A program made the position numbers and the translations under genes. Below, in pieces: positions 51,819 to 61,380 of a stretch of DNA of 64,000 bases. The DNA is from a virus. The notes beneath the pieces were generated by a model. That model did no database searches. It was not told where the DNA came from and was given only the letters and a program-made list of their open reading frames with translations. The stretch lies in IMG/VR virus record IMGVR_UViG_3300034954_001540, positions 1-64,000 of that record; one strand, 5' to 3'. Numbering within the stretch: the stretch's first letter is position 1; every line of letters starts with the position of its first letter.

Positions 51819-52622
51819 ATGGCTAAACCTACTTCTAAAGCAGAATTAAAGGAGTACTGCCTCCGTAGACTGGGTAAACCAGTCTTGGAGATCAATGTCT
51901 CCGATGATCAGATCGATGATGCTATCGATTATACCCTGCAGAAATTCCAACAGTTTCACTACGATGGATGTGAAAAGGTTTATCTGAAGCATCAACTTAC
52001 TCAGGATGATATTGACAGAGCAAAGCTCGTCACTAACACAACTGGTGATGGTGCTAACGCATCTATTTGGTCGGAGTATCGCAGCTACATTGAGATTCCT
52101 GAGCACATTCTTTCTGTTGAAGGTCTCTTCGGTTTTACCGACAAGGGCACCAGAAACATGTTTGATATTCGTTATCAGATGAGACTGAATGATTTGTATG
52201 ACTTTACGTCTACACAGTTTTATCATTACTATATGATCCAGCAACATCTGGAAACGATTGACTTCTTGCTGGAAGGTATGAAACCAGTTAGATATAGTGC
52301 TGTCCAAGACAGACTTTATATTGACTTTGACTGGAAGGCAGATGCTCTGGTTGATCAGTATATTGTTATCAAAGCATATCGTGCTCTGGACCCTGACACA
52401 TGGACAGAGATTTACGACCAGATGTGGGTCAAAGATTATGCCTCTGCTAAAATTAAAAAGCAATGGGGCACAAACCTCACCAAGTTTACTGGAGTCCAAA
52501 TGCCAGGTGGCGTGACTCTGAATGGTGAGATGATTTATAACGATGCTGTAGATGAGCTCAAGAATCTAGAAGAGCAACTACGCACCGAATGGGAATTACC
52601 ACCACTAGACATGATCGGCTGA
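51819..52622 (+). CDS. g13: neck protein gp13
   Basis: ELKEYCLRRLGKPVLEINV...QIDD and KKQWG-x-NL-x-KF-x-GVQMPGGVTLNG. Confidence 0.95.
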   Translation: MAKPTSKAELKEYCLRRLGKPVLEINVSDDQIDDAIDYTLQKFQQFHYDGCEKVYLKHQLTQDDIDRAKLVTNTTGDGANASIWSEYRSYIEIPEHILSVEGLFGFTDKGTRNMFDIRYQMRLNDLYDFTSTQFYHYYMIQQHLETIDFLLEGMKPVRYSAVQDRLYIDFDWKADALVDQYIVIKAYRALDPDTWTEIYDQMWVKDYASAKIKKQWGTNLTKFTGVQMPGGVTLNGEMIYNDAVDELKNLEEQLRTEWELPPLDMIG

Positions 52623-52623
52623 T

Positions 52624-53505
52624 ATGGCAACTAACTCCTACTTTACACAAGGCACAACTGGGGAGCAGGATCTCACAGAGAATCTTGTCATCGAGCAGAT
52701 CAAGATGTTCGGTAAAGATGTGTACTATATCCCGAGGACGTTGGTCAATGAGGATACTGTTTTTGGAGAGGATAATCTATCAGCATTCAATGGCGCTCAT
52801 CTTATTGAGGCGTACATCGAAGACGCGAATGGCTTCCGTGGTGATGGAGACATGTTTAGTAAATTCGGAGTCAGAATCTCCGACCAAGTAACGTTTATTA
52901 TTTCACGGAAAAGGTTTACTGAAGAAGTAGACGACAACGCACAACTTATAGTAGAAGGACGACCAAATGAAGGTGACCTCGTATATTTCCCCCTTGCTAA
53001 CAAAACTTTTGAAATCCAATTCGTTGAGCACGAAGTACCCTTCTATCAGCTCGGAAAGATTCATGTCTGGGGTTTACGTTGTGAGCTCTTTGAGTACTCT
53101 GACGAAGACTTCAATACAGGAGTCGCAGAGGTCGATGCTATCGAGCTCAACTTTGCCAACGCTATCACCGTCACCCTCGCTTCGGGTGGGTCAGGAGACT
53201 TTACCGTTGGTGAGACTGTTACGGGCGGTACCACCAACACTACTGCTGATGTGAAGTCTTGGGATTCTGCAACTGGTAGACTCGTTGTTATCAACAGGTC
53301 TGGCAGATTTACTATCCCTGAGACTATTACTGGCAATACCTCCAGTGCATCTTGGACGAGTGCAAATTACAACACCCTAAATAATGTGAATACTTCTGAC
53401 ACAATCGATACCAACTGGACCATCGAAACACAGGCAGATGGAATCATCGACTTCACTGAGGGTAATCCCTTTGGTGAGTTTGGTAACTCTGGAGGCACTC
53501 TGTAA
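52624..53505 (+). CDS. g14: neck protein gp14
   Basis: EQIKMFG-x-DVYYIPR, SKFG, RPNEGDLVYFP and FEIQFVEHE-x-PFYQLGK. Confidence 0.93.
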   Translation: MATNSYFTQGTTGEQDLTENLVIEQIKMFGKDVYYIPRTLVNEDTVFGEDNLSAFNGAHLIEAYIEDANGFRGDGDMFSKFGVRISDQVTFIISRKRFTEEVDDNAQLIVEGRPNEGDLVYFPLANKTFEIQFVEHEVPFYQLGKIHVWGLRCELFEYSDEDFNTGVAEVDAIELNFANAITVTLASGGSGDFTVGETVTGGTTNTTADVKSWDSATGRLVVINRSGRFTIPETITGNTSSASWTSANYNTLNNVNTSDTIDTNWTIETQADGIIDFTEGNPFGEFGNSGGTL

Positions 53506-54302
53506 TGCTAGGCACTTACACATATCACGAAATTATTAGAAAGACAGTTGTCGGATTCGGCACACTGTTTAATAACATCGAGCTTCGTCGCACAAAGGGA
53601 TCGAAGACTGAAGTTATGAAGGTGCCTCTGGCATACGGTCCCAAGCAGAAATTCTTGGCACGTCTCCGCCAAGTCGGTGATCTGACTACACAAGATCAGG
53701 CACAGATCACACTTCCTAGAATCTCCTTTGAGATTCAGGGTATCTCGTATGATCCTACTAGGAAGTTGTCTCCCATCTCTGCTATCAGAAACACTAAGTC
53801 TGATGGTAACGAGGCAAAGTCTTTCATGCCTGTGCCATATAACGTGAATTTTGAATTGGCAATTCTGGCAAAGAATCAGGATGACTCTCTACAAATTCTG
53901 GAGCAGATTCTTCCTTATTTCCAACCCAGTTTTAATCTCACCATGAATCTGATTCCAGATCTGGGTGAGAAGAGAGACTACCCAGTGACCCTTACGTCAG
54001 TGGATTACAGTGATGAATATGAGGGTGACTATGACACACGTCGCACACTTGTATATACGCTGCAATTCGTTGCTAAGACCTACCTGTACGGTCCTGTAAA
54101 CGACGCAACAGGCGAAGTCATCAAGAAAGTCCAAGTGGACTATTCAACCGAGGTAGATCGCACAGCACCTCGCGAAGTGCGCTACACGGTCCAACCAGAT
54201 CCTCTTACTGCGGATCCTACAGACGATTTCGGATTCAACGAGTTTACATCAGTCTTCGTTGATTCTAAAGATTATAACCCAGTCACAGGACAAGATGAAT
54301 AA
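53505..54302 (+). CDS. g15: tail sheath stabiliser/completion protein gp15
   Basis: YHEIIRK-x-VVGFGTLFNNI, VPLAYGPKQKFLARL, LPRISFE and QILEQILPYFQP. Confidence 0.95.
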   Translation: MLGTYTYHEIIRKTVVGFGTLFNNIELRRTKGSKTEVMKVPLAYGPKQKFLARLRQVGDLTTQDQAQITLPRISFEIQGISYDPTRKLSPISAIRNTKSDGNEAKSFMPVPYNVNFELAILAKNQDDSLQILEQILPYFQPSFNLTMNLIPDLGEKRDYPVTLTSVDYSDEYEGDYDTRRTLVYTLQFVAKTYLYGPVNDATGEVIKKVQVDYSTEVDRTAPREVRYTVQPDPLTADPTDDFGFNEFTSVFVDSKDYNPVTGQDE

Positions 54303-54711
54303 TTTTGAAGGTATCGAAGACGCTCTTGATGTTGCTAGTGATATCGTCCCAGCATCAAAACCTGCACCTCCAGTGCCAGTAGAAGAGTTTGCTTCCACAA
54401 AGGAGCAACTCAAGAAAGATTATGAATACACAAGAGGCAACCTATACTCTCTCATTGAGAAAGGACAGGAAGCAGTTGACGGTATCCTTGATCTTGCTCA
54501 ACAGTCTGATCAACCAAGAGCATTTGAAGTTGCTGGTCAGTTGATCAAACACGTTGGTGATGTAGCAGACAAACTCGTAGATCTTCAAAAGAAAGTTAAC
54601 GAGATTGAAAATCCCAAAAAGTCCAAAGAAGTTAATACCACAAACAATACTATGTTTGTAGGTAGCACAGCAGATCTCGCTAAGTTTCTAAAACAACAAC
54701 GCGATAAATAG
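54295..54711 (+). CDS. g16: terminase small subunit gp16
   Basis: ATG at 54295. DYEYTRGNLYSLIEKGQEA, PRAFEVAGQLIK and FVGSTADL. Confidence 0.93.
   Translation: MNNFEGIEDALDVASDIVPASKPAPPVPVEEFASTKEQLKKDYEYTRGNLYSLIEKGQEAVDGILDLAQQSDQPRAFEVAGQLIKHVGDVADKLVDLQKKVNEIENPKKSKEVNTTNNTMFVGSTADLAKFLKQQRDK
54704..54710 (+). promoter_or_regulatory. putative late promoter (ATAAATA)
   Basis: At the gp16 stop, upstream of AGGAG and the ATG at 54736. Confidence 0.65.
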
Positions 54712-54735
54712 TAATCGTAGGAGTACGTATTAACA

Positions 54736-55269
54736 ATGTCAGTATTAAATGTCCTTGACACCCAAACTATTTCAGGAAGTGGCACTGGCTACGTCGTAGT
54801 GAAATCGGGTGTTGTCCGCTGCTATGCAGCATCCGCGTCTTCGATTCAATTTGACGCTGGTCCTGCGATCACTTTGGCAGCAGGTGAAGCATTGCTCCTC
54901 TCCGTGGGTAAAGCAAAGAATGCATCTATCAGTGCAGGCACAAACGCTGCTACTAGCGTGTTGACCGTATTGGGTGGTGGCACCCCCGCACACAGGTTTG
55001 TCGTTGGCGATTATATTCAGACCGCTGCAAATGGAGACACCGCTTTTACGAGTGATTTTGTTTCTGCAGCATCTGCTGGTAAGAAGGTAACTGCTGTTTC
55101 CGATACCACTATCACCACCGATATTGATGCGTCTGGTGCAGGAGGTAACTATGCATTATCTGAAGCCGATGTCATTGCTGGGACCGTCCCAGTATTGCAG
55201 CGAGCAGTCAAACTCACCGCTGGATCTGCCGACGTTGTTGTCGAGCAAGTCCAAGTCGTCGGAGGATGA
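54736..55269 (+). CDS. hypothetical beta-rich protein, probably virion-associated
   Basis: 177 aa, Ala/Gly/Ser/Thr/Val-rich, with a late-promoter motif upstream. Confidence 0.7.
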   Translation: MSVLNVLDTQTISGSGTGYVVVKSGVVRCYAASASSIQFDAGPAITLAAGEALLLSVGKAKNASISAGTNAATSVLTVLGGGTPAHRFVVGDYIQTAANGDTAFTSDFVSAASAGKKVTAVSDTTITTDIDASGAGGNYALSEADVIAGTVPVLQRAVKLTAGSADVVVEQVQVVGG

Positions 55270-55272
55270 CGA

Positions 55273-57567
55273 ATGCCAGCAGTCTCAAGAGCCCAACAAA
55301 GATTCTTCGGGATGGTTAGAGCGGCTCAAAAGGGGGATCTCAAATCGCCGTCGCCACAGGTTCAAAGAACTGCTGCCAGCATAAAGAAAAAGGATGCTAA
55401 GGATTTTGCATCCACCAAACATAAAGGTTTACCAGAGAAAAAAATGAAATCTTTTTCCGAAATGCAACACATCCCTGAAGAGGGATATGATCACTGGCGT
55501 GATAAGCAACTTGAGAAGTATGGCTCAGGTTATAGATCTGCAGGTAGTCGCCGCAGTGTTGCAAGGTCTGGTGGGACGCAACCAAAACCCATGCCTAAGA
55601 AGAAAGAGGGTGGTGACTCTGCTCTTGACTATGTGAAGAAGTCCATCGAAGCAAAGTATGGCAAGGGTGCCATCATGGATACTTCTAAGAAAAAGAATGA
55701 AGAGGTTGTAACTGAGAAGAAGAAAGGTCTCTGGGACAACATTCACGCTAAGAGAAAGCGTGGTGAGAAACCTGCTAAGCCTGGTGATAAAGATTATCCT
55801 AAGACTCTCAACGTCGAAGGTTATGATAAACCAGACGAGAAGTTGAAGACTGATCGGGATATGTTTAACATCCCTAAGGAAAAGCAGAATGCTGCAAAGG
55901 AGCGTCTTCTCGCTAAAGCAAAAGCAAAGCGTGCAAAACTGAAAGAAGATGTTTGGGATCAGGTTGACATCTTTGCAGAGATGAATGACTGGGAGATCTC
56001 ACTCCTTAATGATACTATTATCGAAGATATCATTACTGATGTCTTCATCGAAGAATTACAAGAAGGTAGAGATATTGATAGCGTCACAGATATGCTCTGT
56101 GAGTCTGTTGATTACTCTCTTAATCTCTTGACAGAAGTATCAGATAAGTATTATGATAGTGCTGTTGCTTCTTCTAAAGCAGCAAGCAGGACTCCTGAAG
56201 TAAAGGCTGCTAACCGCAGACAAAAACTTGAAAAGGTTAAGAGTGCTGCTAAGAAGGTTGGATCTGCACTGAAGTCTGGTCTTAAGACTGGCGCTAAACT
56301 TGCACGCAAAGGTGCTGTTAAGGGTGCTGAAGTTGCTGGTAAGGCAGCAGGTCACGCGAAAAATCTCGCGAAAGACATGGGTAGTGCCGCTAAGAAAGGT
56401 TACCAGTCCACTCAAAAGGACTCATCTTCTAGCGACTCTGATTCCTCCTCTTCTTCTTCCTCATCTTCATCCTCCTCTTCTTCTAGCGAGTCCAAGCCTA
56501 AGAAGCCTGGTCTGCTCAGCAGAATTGGTAGCAAACTGAAGCGTGGTATCAAGAAGGCAGTTGGTGCTGGTGCAAGAGCTCTCTCCCGTGGCGCACGCAA
56601 TGTTGCACGCCGTCTGGGTGAAGAGACTCTCCTAGAGAAAGGAATGTCCGAGAAGGATATGGATTCTGCTCTTAAGGGTCACAAGTACAGTAAGAAGCAA
56701 CTCATGGACATGAGTAAGAAGTCTACTAAAGAAGGTAGACACGGTGAAGCACAGTCCATGTATAAGGCTGCCCGTGCCATGAAGGAAGACACCATCAATG
56801 AGCGTGGTGATTTCTGGCATCCTGATCCTGAGAAGGATCGTAAACTGGGTGGTCCTGGCGCTAACCAGCGTGCTCGTGAAGATCGTGCTGCTGCATCTAA
56901 ACCTGCTGCTAAGAAGGAAGATCCTAAGAAACTGCGTAAGGGTGAGTCCTACATGGACTATGCCAAGCGTCAGCCAGGTTACAAAGCACCCGCTAAGAAA
57001 GAAGGTTTGCGTGACAAGATCAAGCGTAAGCTTGGTTTGAAGAGAGAGGAAGTCGAAGTCCTTTCTTTCAATGCATATCTCTCAGAGGGTAACCGCACTG
57101 GTCGTATGATGCAGAAGTCCAAGACTCAGGTCACTGGACACATCTCTGCTGACAGGGGGTCCGACGAAAAAAAGAATCGTGAGGGTCGTAAGTCTCTAGA
57201 GAAGGATCTCAAGAAGCATGGCATCGGTCACAAGAAAGGTGTCGGTGAGTATAAGTATGACAGTGGAGAAACTGGCCGAGAAGTTTCCTATCAGACTTCA
57301 AAACCTGATAAGATGTCAAAACGCCGTTTCGGAAAGGTCATGCGTCGCATGGGACGCAAGCACGGGCAAGAATCCGTGATCACTAAAGACAAAGACAAAC
57401 CTGCAAAATTGCATTATACTGAGAAAGGTAGTAAAGCAAAATCCGATAGTATCGGAAAGACTAAGGCAGGTAAGCATCCCGAAGGTTATGGTGAAACTTC
57501 TGGCACCAAAGTCAGAGGTGGTAAGCTTCCCAAGAAAACTAACAAATCATCTTATCATTATGGCTGA
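55273..57567 (+). CDS. Lys-rich modular protein, putative capsid-internal polyprotein with C-terminal SAM-lyase-like domain
   Basis: 764 aa. Short modules are separated by hydrophobic-x-E sites, and there is a poly-Ser tract. The last about 160 aa carry SADR, G-x-Y, E-x-S and QESV motifs. Confidence 0.6.
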   Translation: MPAVSRAQQRFFGMVRAAQKGDLKSPSPQVQRTAASIKKKDAKDFASTKHKGLPEKKMKSFSEMQHIPEEGYDHWRDKQLEKYGSGYRSAGSRRSVARSGGTQPKPMPKKKEGGDSALDYVKKSIEAKYGKGAIMDTSKKKNEEVVTEKKKGLWDNIHAKRKRGEKPAKPGDKDYPKTLNVEGYDKPDEKLKTDRDMFNIPKEKQNAAKERLLAKAKAKRAKLKEDVWDQVDIFAEMNDWEISLLNDTIIEDIITDVFIEELQEGRDIDSVTDMLCESVDYSLNLLTEVSDKYYDSAVASSKAASRTPEVKAANRRQKLEKVKSAAKKVGSALKSGLKTGAKLARKGAVKGAEVAGKAAGHAKNLAKDMGSAAKKGYQSTQKDSSSSDSDSSSSSSSSSSSSSSSESKPKKPGLLSRIGSKLKRGIKKAVGAGARALSRGARNVARRLGEETLLEKGMSEKDMDSALKGHKYSKKQLMDMSKKSTKEGRHGEAQSMYKAARAMKEDTINERGDFWHPDPEKDRKLGGPGANQRAREDRAAASKPAAKKEDPKKLRKGESYMDYAKRQPGYKAPAKKEGLRDKIKRKLGLKREEVEVLSFNAYLSEGNRTGRMMQKSKTQVTGHISADRGSDEKKNREGRKSLEKDLKKHGIGHKKGVGEYKYDSGETGREVSYQTSKPDKMSKRRFGKVMRRMGRKHGQESVITKDKDKPAKLHYTEKGSKAKSDSIGKTKAGKHPEGYGETSGTKVRGGKLPKKTNKSSYHYG
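56419..56487 (+). repeat. poly-serine (TCN-rich) low-complexity tract
   Basis: Encodes DSSSSDSDSSSSSSSSSSSSSSS with mixed TCT/TCC/TCA codons. Confidence 0.9.
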
Positions 57568-57688
57568 AGAAAAACGCAAGTGTAAGTATTGTGGCATCAC
57601 TGCCCCTCTTGGGCATCACCGTCCTACCACATGGATGGAGAAGCACGAGTTGAATTGTGCCAGAAACCCTAAGAATAAAGAAGAATGA
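57560..57688 (+). CDS. small zinc-finger-like protein (42 aa)
   Basis: CKYC...HELNC pattern. Overlaps both neighbours. Confidence 0.6.
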   Translation: MAEEKRKCKYCGITAPLGHHRPTTWMEKHELNCARNPKNKEE

Positions 57689-58158
57689 AATCCTTTTCCC
57701 AATTCGTAGCAGAGCAAGACAACGTAGATGAAGCCGTTGGTCTAGCAATCGCGAGAGCGATTGATAAGACTAATCCCCCATTGGGTAGACCTTCTAGACG
57801 TAGAGATCTTTCTCATGCTCTGAAGATGAGGGAGGTGCTTAAAGGTGCCAAGAAGAGGAAGGATGATAAGAAAAAATCTCCTGTTAATTTCATGCAGGAT
57901 AAGAAAGAAACAAATGAAGACTGGCAGAAAAAGTCAGGCAAAAACCCTGAAGGCGGATTAAATGAAAAAGGTAGAAAGTCGTATGAGCGTGAAAACCCAG
58001 GAAGCGATCTTAAGGCACCTTCAAAAAAAGTTGGGAACCCTCGTAGAGCGAGCTTTTGTGCGCGAATGAAAGGGATGAAGAGGAAACTCACATCTAAGAA
58101 GACAGCGAGCGATCCTGATAGTAGAATTAACAAATCACTTAGAGCTTGGAATTGTTGA
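57685..58158 (+). CDS. DUF6321-like basic protein with MKSF-type leader
   Basis: WQKKSGKNPEGGLNEKGRKSY...GSDLKAP...RRASFCARM...SLRAWNC. Confidence 0.75.
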   Translation: MKSFSQFVAEQDNVDEAVGLAIARAIDKTNPPLGRPSRRRDLSHALKMREVLKGAKKRKDDKKKSPVNFMQDKKETNEDWQKKSGKNPEGGLNEKGRKSYERENPGSDLKAPSKKVGNPRRASFCARMKGMKRKLTSKKTASDPDSRINKSLRAWNC

Positions 58159-58169
58159 GGTATTAGATT

Positions 58170-58466
58170 ATGTCAAACGATAAGGAGTTCTCTGACTTTA
58201 AGTTGGAGAGGAAGGAGTGTGAGAAGTGTGGTGCAACTTGGATTAACGGACAACATGTCTGGAGGGGCACAGGTGCTCAGACAAAGGACAGTGAGTTAGA
58301 TCTTGCTGGTCTAGTCTGCAATAAACTTGGCAATCATCAGTGCATCAATCCTAAGAAAGGAGAGGATGGTGGACAGACTTGGGAGTATCGTGCTGGATAT
58401 ATTGATGGTCTGATTAGAGGTAAAACAGACACTATGAAAGAGTTAGGAAAGCTTGACAATTCATAG
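58170..58466 (+). CDS. conserved cyanophage-type hypothetical protein (Cys motifs)
   Basis: CEKCGATWINGQH-x-W...DLAGLVCN...CINP. Confidence 0.75.
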   Translation: MSNDKEFSDFKLERKECEKCGATWINGQHVWRGTGAQTKDSELDLAGLVCNKLGNHQCINPKKGEDGGQTWEYRAGYIDGLIRGKTDTMKELGKLDNS

Positions 58467-58513
58467 TATTACTACCTAAAAACGTAGCTATATAAGGCAG
58501 TTAGTAACAAGGT

Positions 58514-58837
58514 ATGAAGTTTCTAATTGCTTTTTTCGCTTCAATTTTTCTCGCTGCTCCAGCGTTTGCCGTCGATGTCCAAATGGGATACGACGGTAAT
58601 CTTGTATTTGAGCCTGCCGAGGTTACAATCTCCGCTGGAGAATCAGTCCATTTCGTCAACAACATGTTGCCACCTCACAACGTTATTGTAGAGGATCATC
58701 CTGAATTGGGTCATGAAGCCCTTGCAATGATGCCTGGTGAGGAGTTTGATGTTGCATTTCCTGAAGCAGGGGTGTATACTTATTGGTGCGGTCCCCATAA
58801 AGGGGCTGGTATGATAGGCACTGTAACCGTTGAATAA
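58514..58837 (+). CDS. petE: plastocyanin
   Basis: Signal peptide ending PAFA, LVFEP, PPHN and YWCGPHKGAGM (His/Cys/His/Met copper ligands). Confidence 0.97.
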   Translation: MKFLIAFFASIFLAAPAFAVDVQMGYDGNLVFEPAEVTISAGESVHFVNNMLPPHNVIVEDHPELGHEALAMMPGEEFDVAFPEAGVYTYWCGPHKGAGMIGTVTVE

Positions 58838-59493
58838 TGAAAATCTTTTTAGATACTGCTGATGTCTCTGAAATTAAAAAGGCATACAGCACAGGTTTGA
58901 TTGATGGAGTAACAACAAACCCGACACTGATTTTGAGATCGGGGGATACACTTTATAATGTAGCATCAAGACTACTTAAAGAATGTCCAGACTTTATCAG
59001 CGTCTCCACGGAGGTGGTTGCAGAGACAGCTGACGAAATGATTGAGCAAGCAAAAACTTATTTTCCACTAGGTGATGCAGTTACAATCAAAGTCCCTTGC
59101 ACTGTTGAGGGACTGAAAGCATGTAAGATCCTTTCGGATCAAGGCGTCAAGGTCAATGTAACTCTCATCTTCTCAGTGGCACAAGCATTGTTGGCAGCAA
59201 AGGCAGGGGCAGCATATGTCTCTCCCTTTGTTGGTCGCTGCAATGACAACTCATTTAGTGGAGTTGAGTTGGTCCGTGCAATCGCTAATGCATTTAGTGT
59301 GCAGATGATGACCACTGAAATCCTCGCAGCATCACTGCGAGATGTCCATCACGTTTCTCGCTGCTACACATATGGTGCGAGTGTTGTGACTATGCCACCT
59401 AAGGTATTCTGGAAAATGTATGATCATGTGTTGACTAGAGAGGGACTTGATCTTTTCCAAAAAGATTGGGAATCTGCTAATGCAAACACTTAA
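58837..59493 (+). CDS. talC: transaldolase (TalC/FSA-type fold)
   Basis: IFLDTAD, GVTTNP, Schiff-base Lys in TIKVP, NVTLIFS and YVSPFVGR. Glu in STEV and Phe in SPF favour transaldolase over FSA. Confidence 0.95.
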   Translation: MKIFLDTADVSEIKKAYSTGLIDGVTTNPTLILRSGDTLYNVASRLLKECPDFISVSTEVVAETADEMIEQAKTYFPLGDAVTIKVPCTVEGLKACKILSDQGVKVNVTLIFSVAQALLAAKAGAAYVSPFVGRCNDNSFSGVELVRAIANAFSVQMMTTEILAASLRDVHHVSRCYTYGASVVTMPPKVFWKMYDHVLTREGLDLFQKDWESANANT

Positions 59494-59983
59494 TAAATTC
59501 GCAATCGCGATAAGTATCGGTATCCTTGACTTCCTTTATGAAGGTAGGGATTACCAACGTTTCTGGGTGCTTGAGGAAATTGCTCGCGCACCCTATTTTG
59601 CTTTCCTAAGTGTGTTACATCTTCGTGAAAGCATGGGACTTCGTGGTCCTGACCATCTATATTTGATGAAGCAGCACTTCGAGCAGAGCGTCAATGAAAC
59701 TGAGCATCTGGAGTATATGGAAAGTCGGCACGGTAATCGTTATTGGATCGATCGCTTTGTTGCCCGACACCTCGTACTCCTATATTATTGGATCAACGTG
59801 GCTTATTACTGGTTGGCTCCTCGCGCTGCATACCATCTGTCATATGAAATAGAAATCCATGCGGCAACTACATACGGTAAGTATATTGCAAAGAATGGGA
59901 AGGATGAAAAGATCCTTGAGATCTTAAATGATGAATTGCACCACTCAACAGAATTGAAAGAAGCTATGGAGATGATTAAATGA
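59480..59983 (+). CDS. ptoX: plastoquinol terminal oxidase
   Basis: ATG at 59480. RFWVLEEIARAPYFAF, NETEHL, EIHAATTY and DELHH are the di-iron carboxylate motifs. Confidence 0.95.
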   Translation: MQTLNKFAIAISIGILDFLYEGRDYQRFWVLEEIARAPYFAFLSVLHLRESMGLRGPDHLYLMKQHFEQSVNETEHLEYMESRHGNRYWIDRFVARHLVLLYYWINVAYYWLAPRAAYHLSYEIEIHAATTYGKYIAKNGKDEKILEILNDELHHSTELKEAMEMIK

Positions 59984-61038
59984 AAGTAGGACTTATCGGT
60001 CTCGGACGTATGGGCGAGGGTATGTCTCGCCGTATGATGGCAGCAGGTCATGAAGTCTGGGGATATCGTCGCAACCTAAAGAAAGCAGAAGAGGCATACG
60101 AAAAAGGGTATGTCAGTGGCATCGCTTATGGACTGCAGCAACTGTCTGAAGTAGTGCATAGAGGGACTTCCATTTATGGAGAGAAGTCTGGAGAAACTGT
60201 CTATAAACCAGCAGTTTTTATGATGGTTATTCCAGCAGAATTAGTCGAGGACACACTCAATGAGTTACTACAGTTTTGTAACGAGGGAGATATTATTGTT
60301 GATCATGGCAATAGTAATTTTAAGGATAGCAGGAGGAGGGCAGAGAAACTTGCTAAACTGGGTATCCAATACATTGACTGTGGCACTAGCGGTGGTGTTT
60401 ACGGTTTGGAGCGTGGATACTGTCTTATGGTTGGTGGTACAGATACTGCAGTATCCGTCTGCTCTCCACTCTTTAATGCACTCGCACCAGGAATTGCTGC
60501 TGCCCCACGCACCCGCGATGGCGACTTCGTTAGGCAGTCTGAGTTAGGATGGTTGAGATGTGGTGGTCCTGGTGCAGGACACTTCACTAAGATGGTCCAC
60601 AATGGTGTTGAATATGGCATTATGCAAGCATATGCAGAGGGTTTTAATATCCTTAAAGAGGCTAATGCAGGAAGAGCTTATGTTGCTGAGGGTGATGCCG
60701 AGGTGGCTCCCATGGAATGCCCCGAGGATTATTGCTACGACATTGATGTACCTGAGGTTGCTGAGCTATGGCGTCGCGGTAGCGTGGTTGGGTCTTGGTT
60801 ACTTGATCTTAGTGCGGATGTATTATACGGCAATGGTGAGCTTGATAAGTTTGACGGCGGTGTCTCCGATAGTGGGGAAGGTCGTTGGACTGTGCATACC
60901 GCTGTGGACCTTGGCGTACCCGCCCCTGTATTATCTGCAGCGTTATATGAAAGATTCACTTCCCGTGGTCTAGGGAAGTATGCAAATAAAATCCTTAACG
61001 GGATGCGTTACATGTTTGGAGGACACAACGTACGATGA
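59980..61038 (+). CDS. gnd: 6-phosphogluconate dehydrogenase (short form)
   Basis: GLGRMG, DHGNS, DCGTSGG, GAGHFTKMVHNGVEYG, DSGEGRW and FGGH. Confidence 0.97.
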   Translation: MKVGLIGLGRMGEGMSRRMMAAGHEVWGYRRNLKKAEEAYEKGYVSGIAYGLQQLSEVVHRGTSIYGEKSGETVYKPAVFMMVIPAELVEDTLNELLQFCNEGDIIVDHGNSNFKDSRRRAEKLAKLGIQYIDCGTSGGVYGLERGYCLMVGGTDTAVSVCSPLFNALAPGIAAAPRTRDGDFVRQSELGWLRCGGPGAGHFTKMVHNGVEYGIMQAYAEGFNILKEANAGRAYVAEGDAEVAPMECPEDYCYDIDVPEVAELWRRGSVVGSWLLDLSADVLYGNGELDKFDGGVSDSGEGRWTVHTAVDLGVPAPVLSAALYERFTSRGLGKYANKILNGMRYMFGGHNVR

Positions 61039-61262
61039 AACAAACTGAGTCAAATACTCAACTTCTAGAGAGGTTTGAAAAAAGAATCAAACAACTCTCA
61101 GAAGAGCAAGGCAAACTTGATGTTGCCTACCAACGGTGGTTGGAATTGGATGTGATGCTGAATCGTCTGGAAGGATCGAAGCAAGCGATTGAATATCTGG
61201 AGTATGGTAGACTCCCTAATGATGGTCAGCACACTGGCATGGAGGATCATGCACCTAGGTGA
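61035..61262 (+). CDS. hypothetical coiled-coil protein
   Basis: 75 aa, coupled to the gnd stop. RLEGSKQAIEYL resembles the end of the 44480 protein. Confidence 0.65.
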   Translation: MKQTESNTQLLERFEKRIKQLSEEQGKLDVAYQRWLELDVMLNRLEGSKQAIEYLEYGRLPNDGQHTGMEDHAPR

Positions 61263-61380
61263 CTTCTTACTTTGGATCTCAATACCCTTTGTATGTGCCA
61301 CCATCACATTTGGAAGACTTAAAGGTGAAAATGACTATTACGAAACTGACAAATATGACGGAAACGGCACCGCTCACTAG
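61249..61380 (+). CDS. small membrane protein (43 aa)
   Basis: ATG at 61249 after GGAGG. Hydrophobic N-terminus, then KGENDYYETDKYDGNGTAH. Confidence 0.6.
   Translation: MHLGDFLLWISIPFVCATITFGRLKGENDYYETDKYDGNGTAH

Noticed and set aside
58453-58495. TTGACA upstream of petE as a sigma70-type promoter, or an NtcA box
   Set aside because: There is no good -10 hexamer at 16-18 bp spacing and no GTA-N8-TAC match.
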